NCBI GenBank assembly: GCA_019057865.1
Contig: JAHLWP010000007.1
Coordinates: forward strand, 32,001-96,000
Length of the DNA: 64,000 bases
Direction of reading: 5' to 3'
Origin: Promethearchaeota archaeon
Lineage (GTDB): Archaea; Asgardarchaeota; Lokiarchaeia; Sigyniarchaeales; SOKP01
Shown: positions 18,223 through 29,140 of the stretch, in pieces
How the letters are laid out: every line of letters begins with the position of its first letter
Numbering within the stretch: position 1 is the stretch's first letter
Made by a program: the position numbers and the translations under genes
Notes under the pieces: generated by a model
The model's database searches: none
Told to the model about the DNA's origin: nothing
What the model saw: the letters and a program-made list of their open reading frames with translations, nothing else

Positions 18223-18327
18223 TACTAATTATGTTCTAAATTGTTTATTACTCTTTGATTTTATTAATAATTCTATGTTTGAATTTAACTTAGATAATTT
18301 TATGGATTATATCTCAAACTTTAATTT

Positions 18328-18558
18328 TTAAAATCCTTCTTTCTCAGATTTGGATTTACTATACCACTCCAACCATTCTTTGCGACGATTTTTTCTTTGT
18401 TGCGATTCATCGGCCTCTATAAAATTCTCACTTCTTATTTTCTTCCAATAATTATCTAACTCAAACCGAGATAAGGATAATCCACATGATTGACAAACCA
18501 TTGCTTTGGTATTTGGAATGTACTTCATCTTTCCTCCACATTCTGGACAGCGACTCAT
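18328..18558 (-). CDS. Small zinc-ribbon protein
   Basis: CPECGG...CQSCG. Confidence 0.8.
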   Translation of the reverse strand: MSRCPECGGKMKYIPNTKAMVCQSCGLSLSRFELDNYWKKIRSENFIEADESQQRKNRRKEWLEWYSKSKSEKEGF

Positions 18559-18691
18559 AATTTTTCTACTTTTTTTTTAAATTATTTTTTCTCTCAAGTT
18601 AATTAATAGAGTTAAATAATGTTAAAATATTTTTTTGTCTTAAATTATAAATTTTATATATTACAACTAAATAAGTAGAAATTTTTATTAA

Positions 18692-19933
18692 GTGAAAAAT
18701 TTGAAATCAGATGTGTTTTATTTTACAGCCCGGACTCAAAGTCATGAAGAAAGCATGAGTAAGGTTAAAGGACCATTAGCATTAGAAAAACTTGGAATTA
18801 AGCAAAAAATTAAAAATGGAGATAAAATCGTTATTAAAACTCACTTTGGGGCACTTGACAACACGCGATATCTTCGTCCAAGTTACATTAGATTTTTATG
18901 TGATTATATAAAAGAGTTGGGTGGAATTCCTGCTGTAGCAGAATCATGCGGATGGGGATTACCCGAAAGCATCTCAGGAATTCATACAGAATATAGCGGT
19001 CGTGCAAATGAGAAAGAATACCTAAATGTGGCATTACAACATGGATTTACGGAAGAAACGATGGGTGCTCCAATATTAATGCTTGATGGTCCCATGGGAA
19101 TAGATTATGAACTTCAAAAGATTAATGGAAAACGATTTAAAGAGGTATTAGTAGCAGGACGTTTGAGAGAATTTGACTATATGGTTATGGCTACTCACTT
19201 TAAAGGACATCCCGGTGCAGGCTTCGGAGGTACTTTGAAGAACTTAGGTATAGGGTCTGTCGCCAAGGGTCAAAAAATCCGAGCTCATCTTGGTACAACC
19301 TTTGATTATGATTTAAGTAAATGTGTTAAAGACTGTGATAAATGTATAAAAGTTTGTCCTACTGGTGCTTTAAGTAAAGGACCAGATAAAATTCTTAAGA
19401 AGGATTGGAATAAATGTCGTTATTGTTATATGTGTAGATCAATATGTGATAAAGGTGTGATTAGTGCTGGATCATCTACAAGAGAGGATTTTATTACTAG
19501 ATTCATTGACAATGCCAAGGGAGTAGTGGATTATTTCGGAAAAGATAAAATATTCTATGTTAATTATGCTATAGATATAACGTATCAGTGTGATTGTTCA
19601 GGAGGGTCAGATGTCCCATTTGTTCCAGACATAGGGATTTTAGCTTCTTTGGATCCTGTTGCTTTGGACCAAGCAACGGCGGATTTAATTCATAAATCTT
19701 CAATTAGTCCTCAATCAGTTCTTTCTGATGTAAAAAATATTCCAACACAAGGACCTTTTGAGTGGCTTTCATACCTCCCTCGTTTTGATCCAGAATCAGG
19801 CGAATTTGACTTTAATCAAGATGGAAAAGAATCAAAACATTGGGAATTGCAACTAAAATTAGCTGAGGAAATTGACCTAGGTAATAGAAATTACAATTTA
19901 ATTAAAGTTAATATAGAAAAAAAAGAAAAGTAA
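18692..19933 (+). CDS. DUF362 domain Fe-S protein
   Basis: IKTHFG, HFKGH..GFGG.LKNLGIG, two 4Fe-4S motifs, CDC, and DIGILASLDPVALDQA. Confidence 0.9.
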   Translation: MKNLKSDVFYFTARTQSHEESMSKVKGPLALEKLGIKQKIKNGDKIVIKTHFGALDNTRYLRPSYIRFLCDYIKELGGIPAVAESCGWGLPESISGIHTEYSGRANEKEYLNVALQHGFTEETMGAPILMLDGPMGIDYELQKINGKRFKEVLVAGRLREFDYMVMATHFKGHPGAGFGGTLKNLGIGSVAKGQKIRAHLGTTFDYDLSKCVKDCDKCIKVCPTGALSKGPDKILKKDWNKCRYCYMCRSICDKGVISAGSSTREDFITRFIDNAKGVVDYFGKDKIFYVNYAIDITYQCDCSGGSDVPFVPDIGILASLDPVALDQATADLIHKSSISPQSVLSDVKNIPTQGPFEWLSYLPRFDPESGEFDFNQDGKESKHWELQLKLAEEIDLGNRNYNLIKVNIEKKEK

Positions 19934-19934
19934 T

Positions 19935-20411
19935 TTAAAGAAAAGCATTCCACGTGGAGAGGATATCATCTTTTCCAACTTCGAATTTCTTTTCAAATTT
20001 ATTAAAGTTAAGATGAGCAACCATTCCATCATCCCATATAGCATTGATATCTTTGGCAATTGCTCTTACATGATCTTCATTATTAGTATAAATATCTATT
20101 TTGTCAACATGATTATCTTCACTACGAAAATTTCTCCCAGATGTTTTATCAGCTACTTCGACGTAAATATTTATTCCAGGTGCTATATAATAATAGCCGC
20201 TACTTCTACCACTACCACTAAAAGATTCATCCATTTTGCTTGAAGGATCAATACTAGTCATCCAATTTTCTAATTCATATGCAATATCTGGTTTTATTTT
20301 TGAAAATTTCCATTTAATTTCTCTTGGTTGCGCATAAAAAGTATATTTTGGCAGATCAGTTAACCCTAATTTCTTAGCTTCTTTTTGAAGTTTTTTTCCC
20401 ATAGTTTTCAC
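19935..20411 (-). CDS. Hypothetical protein, tandem paralog 1
   Basis: Closely similar to 20540..21016; both are 158 aa. Confidence 0.8.
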   Translation of the reverse strand: MKTMGKKLQKEAKKLGLTDLPKYTFYAQPREIKWKFSKIKPDIAYELENWMTSIDPSSKMDESFSGSGRSSGYYYIAPGINIYVEVADKTSGRNFRSEDNHVDKIDIYTNNEDHVRAIAKDINAIWDDGMVAHLNFNKFEKKFEVGKDDILSTWNAFL

Positions 20412-20539
20412 CCATTTAATTTATTTTTTAGTTAATTGGTGATTAATAATAAGTTATATGGAAATTTAAATCTCTTTTCATAAAAATTTAAAATACTAAA
20501 GAAGAAACTTGATTAAATTTAATATAAAAAAAAAATAAT

Positions 20540-21016
20540 TTAAAGAAAAGTATTCCAAGTGGACATGGCATCTTCTTTTCCAACTTTGAACTTCTTTTCA
20601 AGTTTTTCAAAGTTAAGATGAGGTATCATTCCATCATCCCATATAGCATTAATGTCTTTGGCAATTGCTCTTACATGCTCTTCGTTATTTGTATAAATAT
20701 CGAATTTGACGACTTGTTTATCTGCGTTATACATAGTAAACCGTGATTTAGCAAACAATCTACTAGTTACTTCGGCGAAGGTATTTATTCCAGGTGCTAG
20801 ATAAAAATATTCAGTAGTTCTACCAGAAGTATCATCCATTTTGGTTGAAGGATCAATACTAGTTATCCAATTTTCTACTACATATGCAATATCTGGTTTT
20901 ACTTTTGAAAATTGCGCTTTAACTTTTTTTGGTTGGCAATAAAATGTATATTTTGGGAGATTCATTAACCCTAATTGCATAGCTTCTTTTTTAGTTCCTT
21001 TTCCCATAGTTTTCAC
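20540..21016 (-). CDS. Hypothetical protein, tandem paralog 2
   Basis: Shares LPKYTFY, KPDIAY, APGIN and HVRAIAKDINAIWDDGM blocks with paralog 1. Confidence 0.8.
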   Translation of the reverse strand: MKTMGKGTKKEAMQLGLMNLPKYTFYCQPKKVKAQFSKVKPDIAYVVENWITSIDPSTKMDDTSGRTTEYFYLAPGINTFAEVTSRLFAKSRFTMYNADKQVVKFDIYTNNEEHVRAIAKDINAIWDDGMIPHLNFEKLEKKFKVGKEDAMSTWNTFL

Positions 21017-21160
21017 CCTTTTTATTTACTTTTTGAATTTGTTTTTCAATTAAAAGGTGATTAATATTAATTTATATAGGCTTATAAATTTCTTTTTATA
21101 TAAATCAAAATATTTAGATTATTTAAGAAATTAAAGTTAAAAAAAAACCAATAAAATTAT

Positions 21161-22501
21161 TTAGAAAGAAACAGTTAAATCTGAAAACACCATATATGGA
21201 AACAGCGAATTTGATGAAAATTCACGTTCTTTTGATATATATCGACAACTTTTAATCATTTCCAAAACATTTCCACTGACGTTTCCGAGTTTTATCGGGT
21301 TTTTGAATTCACCATTTTTTATATAATATCCATTTCTTATTTCCGCCCCGAAAAATCCTGATAATTCTTCAGGATTCAACCATGAAAATTTTTCTATATA
21401 ATAACCATCTTTTATATCCGAAATAATATCATCTAAAGACGTAGTTCCTGGCATAATTTGGAAATTACTGACTCCATTAATAACTGAGCCAGTTTCACTT
21501 CTTATTCCATTCCCAGTTGGCTCTTTGTCATTCAAAATTGCATATTTTTGATCATATAACCGTTTTTGGAATATACCGTTTTTTATCACTTCTGTTTTCT
21601 GATGAGGATTTCCTTCCCCATCCCAAGGGTTAGATTTTAATCCCCCTTCAAGTAATCCATCATCTATAATTGTGATTTCATCAGATGCCACCTTATCATT
21701 GATATTATAAGAAGAAACCTTCTCACTAAATGCTCTTCCTAATACTTGAAATCCAATTACAGGAATAATAGCTTCTCTTAAGACATGTGGTGGGAATATT
21801 ACAATTGCTTCTTTATTAGGTTTGGGTGGTTCTGCTATTAAAGTATCTTTTGCTATTTGAGCCCAATTCTCAACTCTTTTCTTAAAATTTAAATGTTCTT
21901 TTTCTTTGAAATATTCTGTAGTCCAATATTCAGATAATTTCCCATTTCCCTGTGCCTTCAATGAATGCTCTAGATAAAAGAATGTTTTTATAGAATCAAG
22001 ATTTACTCCATTACTATTTCTTAAGTAATTATTATTAATGTGTACTCTTAATCGACCAAAGGTGGGAACCACATTCTTTTGGTCTTCAACTAAACTCATT
22101 AATTCTTCACAAAGATCATTCTTTGTCCCTATTGGATCTTTTAATATCGTTTTATTAGCTATAACTGTACTTGATATTGGTTTCTCTTCTGGAAATTGAT
22201 ACCTCGAAGAAATATTATTTTTAGAAAGTAAATAGCAGGTATCTATATTTTTATTTATTTCTTTTGAATCCAAAGAATTTCCTTTAACAACACCTACTCC
22301 CGTCTGATCTCCTTTTTGAGTAAGGACTCGTATAAAATACTCAAAATCTTCAACTTCTCTCTCTGTTTCTGGCTTATTTTTTAAGAAAATTGTTTCATAG
22401 ATTTCTTTTTCGACAAAAAAGATTTCATATTCTTTAATATTTTTCGCTTTAAGATTTTTTTCAATCAAATCAATTTTTACATTTATCATCTTTAATATCA
22501 C
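21161..22501 (-). CDS. tldE: TldE/PmbA family protein
   Basis: WDGEG, TGNG and SGFF..GYYIKNGE motifs; no HExxxH; overlaps tldD. Confidence 0.85.
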   Translation of the reverse strand: MILKMINVKIDLIEKNLKAKNIKEYEIFFVEKEIYETIFLKNKPETEREVEDFEYFIRVLTQKGDQTGVGVVKGNSLDSKEINKNIDTCYLLSKNNISSRYQFPEEKPISSTVIANKTILKDPIGTKNDLCEELMSLVEDQKNVVPTFGRLRVHINNNYLRNSNGVNLDSIKTFFYLEHSLKAQGNGKLSEYWTTEYFKEKEHLNFKKRVENWAQIAKDTLIAEPPKPNKEAIVIFPPHVLREAIIPVIGFQVLGRAFSEKVSSYNINDKVASDEITIIDDGLLEGGLKSNPWDGEGNPHQKTEVIKNGIFQKRLYDQKYAILNDKEPTGNGIRSETGSVINGVSNFQIMPGTTSLDDIISDIKDGYYIEKFSWLNPEELSGFFGAEIRNGYYIKNGEFKNPIKLGNVSGNVLEMIKSCRYISKEREFSSNSLFPYMVFSDLTVSF

Positions 22502-23880
22502 CCCGGACTAATTAATGCTTCTTTAATTCGAACGTATGTACCTCCACTCCCCACGGGAACGTGATCTTCGGCGCCTTTACCGCAGGTCCCCCCATCTATT
22601 TCTATAGATCCCTTACTAATGGCATCAATTTTAGGTAATGTTTCCAATACGGCGCCACTTAATAATACTGACTTTAGCAATTTGGTTTTTTCTCCATTTT
22701 CGATTAAATAACCCTTCTTAGAGCTATTCTGCATAGCTCCACCGAGTGGATCCTCCATACCGAAGTATCCATGGACCAACATCACTCCATATTTGATTTC
22801 CTTAATCATTTCATCAAGCGAGTAATCTCCGGGTTCAAAATAAGTATTTGTCATCCTTGGATGAACTGGATGAGCAAAACTTTCCCTTCTTCCGTTCCCC
22901 TTTGGAATGGCATTTAATGCGGAAGCAGTTCTTCTATCATATATGAAATCTTTCAATATTCCATTTTTAACCAATATATTTTCACCTGCTTTAATCCCCT
23001 CATCATCAAAAAAGTATGACCCAATAGTACCTTCAATTGTTGGTGAATCACAAATAGTACAAATTTCGGATGCAACTTTTTGATTTAATTTTTCTTTTAA
23101 ATAACTCCTTTCGCGTATAACTTGATCTGCTTCAAGACCATGTCCAAAACTTTCATGTGCTATCATTCCTGCCATAGTGGGATCTATAATAACAACATAT
23201 TTTCCCGAAGGAGCTAATTCTGCTTTTAGCATTTCCAAAGAATTTTGACAAATTTTATCTAACTTATTATTATCAATCTTATCAAAAATTTCAAAGCCTA
23301 TTTCACCAGAATCCTTATAATAATCAAAATCTGCAACAGGACCTTCTTTCGCAATAGGAATAATATAAAGGTTAGTCCTTGGAATTACTTGTCTTAATTG
23401 ACAGCCTTCGTTGTTAAAAAAAATCCGTTCTGTATATTGTTCCATGTATTTAAGTTGTGAATTAATTATTCGTTCATCAAATTTCATAACATAGTCATAG
23501 ATAAATCTGATTTTCTGGATTTTCTCATCAATGGGAACTTCAAGTGGATTGATTTTCGGTTTGACTTCTTTATTTAGTTTCCATCCTTCATATTCTTTAA
23601 GATCTTTACCTAGATTTGAAACTCTGGGTAATTTTTCTTCGATTTTTTCTATATCTGAAAATTCAGTTACAGTTGTCTCTTTCCATGTTCCTGTGAATGT
23701 TCTCGCTACTATCCCTGATTTTTTTGCATTAACAACAATATTTTCTGATGTACGCGTTTTTGTAATTAAAACAGATGATTTGGAATCATAAAGCACATCG
23801 AAATATTGATTACTTCTTTTATAGCTATTAGAGACCTCTTCAAAAATAGAAAATATCTCTTCGAATGATTTCTCACTCAT
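22498..23880 (-). CDS. tldD: TldD family metalloprotease
   Basis: HESFGH, FDDEG, GNGRRE, PRMTNTY and CGKG motifs. Confidence 0.9.
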   Translation of the reverse strand: MSEKSFEEIFSIFEEVSNSYKRSNQYFDVLYDSKSSVLITKTRTSENIVVNAKKSGIVARTFTGTWKETTVTEFSDIEKIEEKLPRVSNLGKDLKEYEGWKLNKEVKPKINPLEVPIDEKIQKIRFIYDYVMKFDERIINSQLKYMEQYTERIFFNNEGCQLRQVIPRTNLYIIPIAKEGPVADFDYYKDSGEIGFEIFDKIDNNKLDKICQNSLEMLKAELAPSGKYVVIIDPTMAGMIAHESFGHGLEADQVIRERSYLKEKLNQKVASEICTICDSPTIEGTIGSYFFDDEGIKAGENILVKNGILKDFIYDRRTASALNAIPKGNGRRESFAHPVHPRMTNTYFEPGDYSLDEMIKEIKYGVMLVHGYFGMEDPLGGAMQNSSKKGYLIENGEKTKLLKSVLLSGAVLETLPKIDAISKGSIEIDGGTCGKGAEDHVPVGSGGTYVRIKEALISPG

Positions 23881-23964
23881 ATTTAACCAATTTAGAAAAG
23901 AAATTAATTATTTAATTTGGTTACAATTATGATATATTTAAAACCTTCTTATTTCACTTAAAAC

Positions 23965-25410
23965 TTATTCAATATCAAGAATTTTTTTTATAAGCTTTTT
24001 CTTTTCTTCTAAGTTTGCTTGACGCGAAATCATGATTCTTTGCGTCATGGGGCTACCTGCTCCATGCATAGATTCTGTTCTATAACTCACAGAGGCAACA
24101 CCCATAGTTAAATTTTCAATAAATCGTAAAAGCTTATAGCGATCATCAGGGCTTATCCCTTCACATGTAGAGAGATATTTGCTTATTAAGGGTCCAATTT
24201 CTTCAGATTTGAAGTCTGCCTCTGAAGGTAGTGTACAAATAATTCCTCCGGCAATATCTTCAGCTAATCGTCCAATTTCATAGGGAAAACGAGTTACATT
24301 TTGTTTACATACATTTGCTAATAGCATATCCATTTCATAATTTCCTGCCTCTCTTTGGAATCCTAAGGAGCTACATGCTATTCCACAACTATAAAGTGTT
24401 TCATTTAGGTGTACCATCTCAACTAACTTATCTCGAATATGAGAAGCTCTTTCTGTCCCATTATATTCTGATATTAGGGCTGATGCTCCAATTAACACGT
24501 CTCCGACTCCAACTTTACAGCCACCATATGATTGGCGATGGAATCCTGCAAAACGGTTAACTAGATCTCCTGAAAATTTGACTTCGCCTTTCATAAAGAT
24601 ATTTTCATTAGGTATAAAAACATTATCAAAAATTACGAATATCTCTTGTCCTCCATATTTATAATTTCCTATATCTAATTTTCCTTCCTCCATTTTACGA
24701 GTATCACATGATTGTCTTCCATAAACTAATGTTATTCCTTTTTCATTTGTGTCAACTCCAAAACTTATTGCATAATCCTCCTCACCTGGACGTAATGTAA
24801 GAGTAGGCATAATAATAGCTTTATGCGAATTTAAAAATCCTGTTTGATGTACTTTTGCTCCACGAACGATAATTCCTTCATCATTTTCATCTACGATACG
24901 TAAGTAAGCATCCGGATCAGGTTGTTGAGCAGGTCTTTTACTACGATCTCCCTTTGTGTCAGTCATAGCACCGTCAACCATTAAATCTTGGTTCTGAACC
25001 TCAATCCAATACTTTTTAAATCTTTCATGGTAATTAGTGCCTATATTCTCATCTATTTCATAAGTAACACTATATAATGCATTTGCGGCATCAAATCCCA
25101 CACATCGTTGAAAACAACAGGCCGTTTGTTGACCTAATAACCTTTGCATCTTAATTTTTTTGATTAAATCATCTACAGATTGATGAATATGAGTAAAACG
25201 ATTGATAATTTCACCAGTTAAATGAGAAGTTGCTGTCAATAAATCTTTATATTCCTCTTTTTGAGCTAGTTCATAAATTTTCATAACTGTATTAATTGAA
25301 GGTTGAATAATAGGATGATTCCAAAATTCTTTGATTTTTTCTCCAAACATATATAAATTTACTGGTCTTTTTATGCTTTCCAAATATTCTTCCGATGTTT
25401 TTAACGGCAA
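23965..25410 (-). CDS. abfD: 4-hydroxybutyryl-CoA dehydratase / vinylacetyl-CoA isomerase
   Basis: CFQRCVGFD, AMTDTKGDRS, HRQSYGGCK and ESMHGAGSP motifs. Confidence 0.92.
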   Translation of the reverse strand: MPLKTSEEYLESIKRPVNLYMFGEKIKEFWNHPIIQPSINTVMKIYELAQKEEYKDLLTATSHLTGEIINRFTHIHQSVDDLIKKIKMQRLLGQQTACCFQRCVGFDAANALYSVTYEIDENIGTNYHERFKKYWIEVQNQDLMVDGAMTDTKGDRSKRPAQQPDPDAYLRIVDENDEGIIVRGAKVHQTGFLNSHKAIIMPTLTLRPGEEDYAISFGVDTNEKGITLVYGRQSCDTRKMEEGKLDIGNYKYGGQEIFVIFDNVFIPNENIFMKGEVKFSGDLVNRFAGFHRQSYGGCKVGVGDVLIGASALISEYNGTERASHIRDKLVEMVHLNETLYSCGIACSSLGFQREAGNYEMDMLLANVCKQNVTRFPYEIGRLAEDIAGGIICTLPSEADFKSEEIGPLISKYLSTCEGISPDDRYKLLRFIENLTMGVASVSYRTESMHGAGSPMTQRIMISRQANLEEKKKLIKKILDIE

Positions 25411-25578
25411 TTTTCTTAATCACCAATTTAAAAATATGTATCTTAATTTAATTTAAGAAGTTAATATTAATTAAAAGTAATCTTAATAAATCTAAGGCTA
25501 AAATCAGAAAATATAAAGATTAATTAAGAAGAAATTTAAAACTGTTAATTTTTTCGGGGAATCAAGAACTAAAATAGG

Positions 25579-26529
25579 TTATTTTTCTTGACTAGATTTT
25601 TTATCAATGAATTCGTTAACATCTGGATTTTTTGTCAAAACATTTGATTTTTGTTCAATAACACTTATTCTTTTTTCTAAAATTGTCATTGATTCAATGA
25701 TATTGTCAATTTTTTTATTAATATTTTTCATTTCATTTTGGATTTCTCCTAATTGATTGAGGGTAAATTTAATCAACTCAGGTTCTTTTACGGGTTCAAT
25801 CAACCATTTAAATATATTAGTTATTAACAATTGATTATCTAGTTGATTCAAACCAATATTAGAATCGTTTGTAAATATATCTATATCTCCCAGTGCGACT
25901 ACTCTACCTTGACCATATTCAGTATATGCTCCTACAATTTTTTCTTCCTCTTCTTCCTCTCTAATCCATTTTTCATTAGAACTATTATATTTCTCTGACC
26001 ACACTTTTTTTTTATTTGTTAATAATAAAGGTTTAGCATCCCTACTCAAGGATAGGGAACAAGCTCCTCCAATTATAACTTCTCTTAACCCATTTCCTAT
26101 CTGTTTATTATTAAATCTTTGAATTTGTACTATACTTGTACTATTGTGGTTCACACTATTTAGTTCTTTTATTAAATTTTTCTGGAAATATATTCCAAAA
26201 TGCGTTCCTGATATATCATTAAGATTTGTTTTTTGTAAATAATCTGCTCCATATTCACTTAAAATTAGTAAATTACCACCAATTCGGACAAAATCAACAA
26301 TAGCTTTAATCTCAATATTCGAAAAATAATCATCTATAGGATTTCCTATAATTAAGATATCTATATCTTGTAATAATTCCTGAGATAAATCTCTATTCTC
26401 ATTTTTCGTAATTTTAGTATTAAATCTCTGGAGAAGTTTAAAGAATTCAGAAAATTCCTCCTCTTCAATATTTAACATCTCGTTATGACTCAAATCAATA
26501 AGTGTAGTAGTTTTTTTCAGAAAAGGCAT
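25579..26529 (-). CDS. GIFT/DUF4350-like (IFT52 N-terminal-like) domain protein with C-terminal coiled coil
   Basis: IDLSHNE, DILIIGNP, FVRIGGNLLIL, TNLN..FGI and GRVVALGD pattern of a class-I glutamine amidotransferase-like fold. No signal peptide. Confidence 0.65.
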   Translation of the reverse strand: MPFLKKTTTLIDLSHNEMLNIEEEEFSEFFKLLQRFNTKITKNENRDLSQELLQDIDILIIGNPIDDYFSNIEIKAIVDFVRIGGNLLILSEYGADYLQKTNLNDISGTHFGIYFQKNLIKELNSVNHNSTSIVQIQRFNNKQIGNGLREVIIGGACSLSLSRDAKPLLLTNKKKVWSEKYNSSNEKWIREEEEEEKIVGAYTEYGQGRVVALGDIDIFTNDSNIGLNQLDNQLLITNIFKWLIEPVKEPELIKFTLNQLGEIQNEMKNINKKIDNIIESMTILEKRISVIEQKSNVLTKNPDVNEFIDKKSSQEK

Positions 26530-26729
26530 TTTTGATAATACTTAGTTTGTTAAAATAAGTCTAAAATCTTAAAGAAAATTCTAATATAAAAATTATTACA
26601 TATAAAGCCACTAACTAAAAACTTTTTAAATCTTAATGTATAATGATTTTTGGAACACACATTTAACAAATCTTTAGGAGACTTGGAATTTAGAATTTAA
26701 AATATCAAATCTTGATGTGAATTGCTGGA

Positions 26730-28052
26730 ATGAATGTTATGAGTGAGGATAATAATACAATTGCTTTAATTGGACTTTCTTGGGGGGACGAAGGGAAGGG
26801 CAAAATGACGGATTATTTTGCACAGAAAGCAGATATCGTTGTAAGATATAATGGAGGAAGCAACGCAGGACATACAATTAATGCTAATGGTATTAAGTAT
26901 AAATTTAAATTAATACCATCAGGAGCTCCATTAGAGAAGGAGGTCATTATTGCTAATGGATGTGTCATTGATCCTAAAATATTACTCGAAGAAATTGAAA
27001 ATTTAAAAAAATTAAAGAAAAAAGTTAATCTTAAGTTAAGTTCCACTGCCCATGTAATCTTTCCTTTCCATAAGATATTGGATGGACTTGAAGAAACTTC
27101 CAAGGGTGAATATAGAGCGGGGACCACTAAAAGAGGAATCGGTCCTACATATTCAGATAAAGCAGCACGTTGGGGAATTAGGATTTTTGATTTAATTCAT
27201 CCAGAAATATTAAAACCAAAATTAGAAAAACTATTTAAAATAAGGAAAGAATTAATTAGAGTTTATGATCCTAATTGGGATGCTGATTTCGAATCAATAT
27301 ATAATGAATATAAATCTTATGGAGAACAATTAAAATCTTATGTTATCGATACAGCATATTATTTGAACAGGGCTGTTGATTCTGGAAAAAAGATTGTATT
27401 TGAGGCTGCACAGGGAAACTTGTTAGGTATAGACCATGGTATGTATCCTTTTGGAACGAGTTCTAATGCTAATGCTTTAGGTATAAGTGCTGGGACAGGA
27501 ATTCCTCCTAAAAAAATTAAAAATGTGTTTGGAATCATCAAAGCTTATACTTCGAGGGTTGGAGAGGGTAAATTTCCAACTGAATTAGTCAATGAAACAG
27601 CTGAAAAAATTCGAGAACAAGGTCATGAATATGGTACGGTTACCGGACGACCTAGAAGAGTTGGATGGATTGATCTTTTCAATATGAAATATGGAATAAT
27701 GATCAATGGTATCGACAAGATTATTATAACGCTTTTAGATGCCTTACAAGGTGTAAATCCAGTTAAAATATGCACTACCTATGAATTAGAAGGCAAAATT
27801 TTAGAAAGTTGGCCTATTCAACATGAAATTATTGAAAAATGTGTCCCAATCTATAAAGAATTCAAAGGTTGGGATGAAAGAACAAGAGAAGATTGGTCAG
27901 AAATAGCGCGAGAGGGATATGATGCCTTACCAGAAAATATGAAAATATATATTAAAGCAATTCAAGAAGAATTGAAAACAGATGTTTCAATAATCTCTAT
28001 TGGTCCGGATCGTAATGATACCATTACATTATTTTCATCTAAACTGTTCTAA
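26730..28052 (+). CDS. purA: Adenylosuccinate synthetase
   Basis: WGDEGKGK, GGSNAGHT, GTTKRGIGPTY and EYGTVTGRPRR motifs. Confidence 0.97.
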   Translation: MNVMSEDNNTIALIGLSWGDEGKGKMTDYFAQKADIVVRYNGGSNAGHTINANGIKYKFKLIPSGAPLEKEVIIANGCVIDPKILLEEIENLKKLKKKVNLKLSSTAHVIFPFHKILDGLEETSKGEYRAGTTKRGIGPTYSDKAARWGIRIFDLIHPEILKPKLEKLFKIRKELIRVYDPNWDADFESIYNEYKSYGEQLKSYVIDTAYYLNRAVDSGKKIVFEAAQGNLLGIDHGMYPFGTSSNANALGISAGTGIPPKKIKNVFGIIKAYTSRVGEGKFPTELVNETAEKIREQGHEYGTVTGRPRRVGWIDLFNMKYGIMINGIDKIIITLLDALQGVNPVKICTTYELEGKILESWPIQHEIIEKCVPIYKEFKGWDERTREDWSEIAREGYDALPENMKIYIKAIQEELKTDVSIISIGPDRNDTITLFSSKLF

Positions 28053-28202
28053 ATTCACAATTTGGCTAAGGACTAATAAGAAGATAAGATTAAGTAATTT
28101 CATTCATATTATAAAGAAAGCTAGTAACGACCACTCAACAATAATAAAAATGATGAAAGATGCAAAACTTAGGAAGACGTCCCGTCCTTTATTTTACTAT
28201 GA

Positions 28203-28544
28203 CTATCTCCAATCATAACAATCTCTACAGAACCAAAATAAAGAACAGGGATCTTGTATCAAATCTTCCATACGGTTACCACACAAAGAGCAATTGATAG
28301 AATACTGACGGAAAGAAATATCCAAATTCTCTCTTTCTTTTATGAGCTTTTTTAATCTCTCTGTTCTACCATCAAAGCTAAGAGAACTATCAACTCGAAC
28401 TTCACCTAATTTTATATTTAATTCTCTTTTTCTTCTCTTATAAACTAGAAAGAACAATGTTCTCAACTCATACCTAATTTTTCTTAGCTTTAGGCTTTTT
28501 AAACTCCGAATCTTCTTCTTAACGATATGTCCTTGTGAATTCAT
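28203..28544 (-). CDS. Hypothetical basic protein with C-terminal CxxC..CxxC zinc finger
   Basis: CSLC...CRDC. Confidence 0.65.
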   Translation of the reverse strand: MNSQGHIVKKKIRSLKSLKLRKIRYELRTLFFLVYKRRKRELNIKLGEVRVDSSLSFDGRTERLKKLIKERENLDISFRQYSINCSLCGNRMEDLIQDPCSLFWFCRDCYDWR

Positions 28545-28648
28545 TACTTAATCACTTAATTTATAACATACATAAACTTACACTATTTTAAAATTTAGGA
28601 GAAAAAAAGTTTTATAAATAAAAAATTAAGTGGAAGTGAATAAGAATA

Positions 28649-29017
28649 ATGTATGATGAGAAGTTTGACGAAAGAATGAAAAAATCATTGGTTTTAGATG
28701 AAGTTCAAAGGGCTATGAAGAAAAAGGATATATCTAGCGAAGATATGGAAATAGTAATAGAATCAGTTAAAGCTATGAGACAACGAGCAACTGAACAGAA
28801 TTATGTGGAAGAATATCCAGATGAGGAATTCTTCACTGTAATGATTGAAAAGGAAGCAGAAAAAATATCTCATTATAGAGAGCAGATGGATGATTTAGTT
28901 AAAGCGGGGGCAGTTATTCTATACGAGAGTACTCTAACCGATGGAAGACATTTGGTTATTATAGACAATAAAGAATGCAATTACGAAGAACTATATACTT
29001 GCAGACCAACAGTATGA
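28649..29017 (+). CDS. Hypothetical acidic protein
   Basis: 122-aa ORF with protein-like composition. Confidence 0.65.
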   Translation: MYDEKFDERMKKSLVLDEVQRAMKKKDISSEDMEIVIESVKAMRQRATEQNYVEEYPDEEFFTVMIEKEAEKISHYREQMDDLVKAGAVILYESTLTDGRHLVIIDNKECNYEELYTCRPTV

Positions 29018-29140
29018 AGAGATAATTGAAGTATGATACTGTACTTTTTTTAAATTTAACAAAAGAATAATAATTAAGTTTAAAATTTAATAAGGAACTC
29101 TTACAATTAAGTTTCATTTCTTTAATATTTTGATGAAATT

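Noticed and set aside
15836-18327. Replication origin (ORB repeats) next to cdc6
   Set aside because: The flanking gaps are short and contain no recognisable TCCA..GAAAC or G-string ORB motifs.
19935-21016. Diversity-generating retroelement template/variable repeat pair
   Set aside because: Differences include indels and all base types rather than adenine-specific changes, both copies are full genes, and no reverse transcriptase is in the window.
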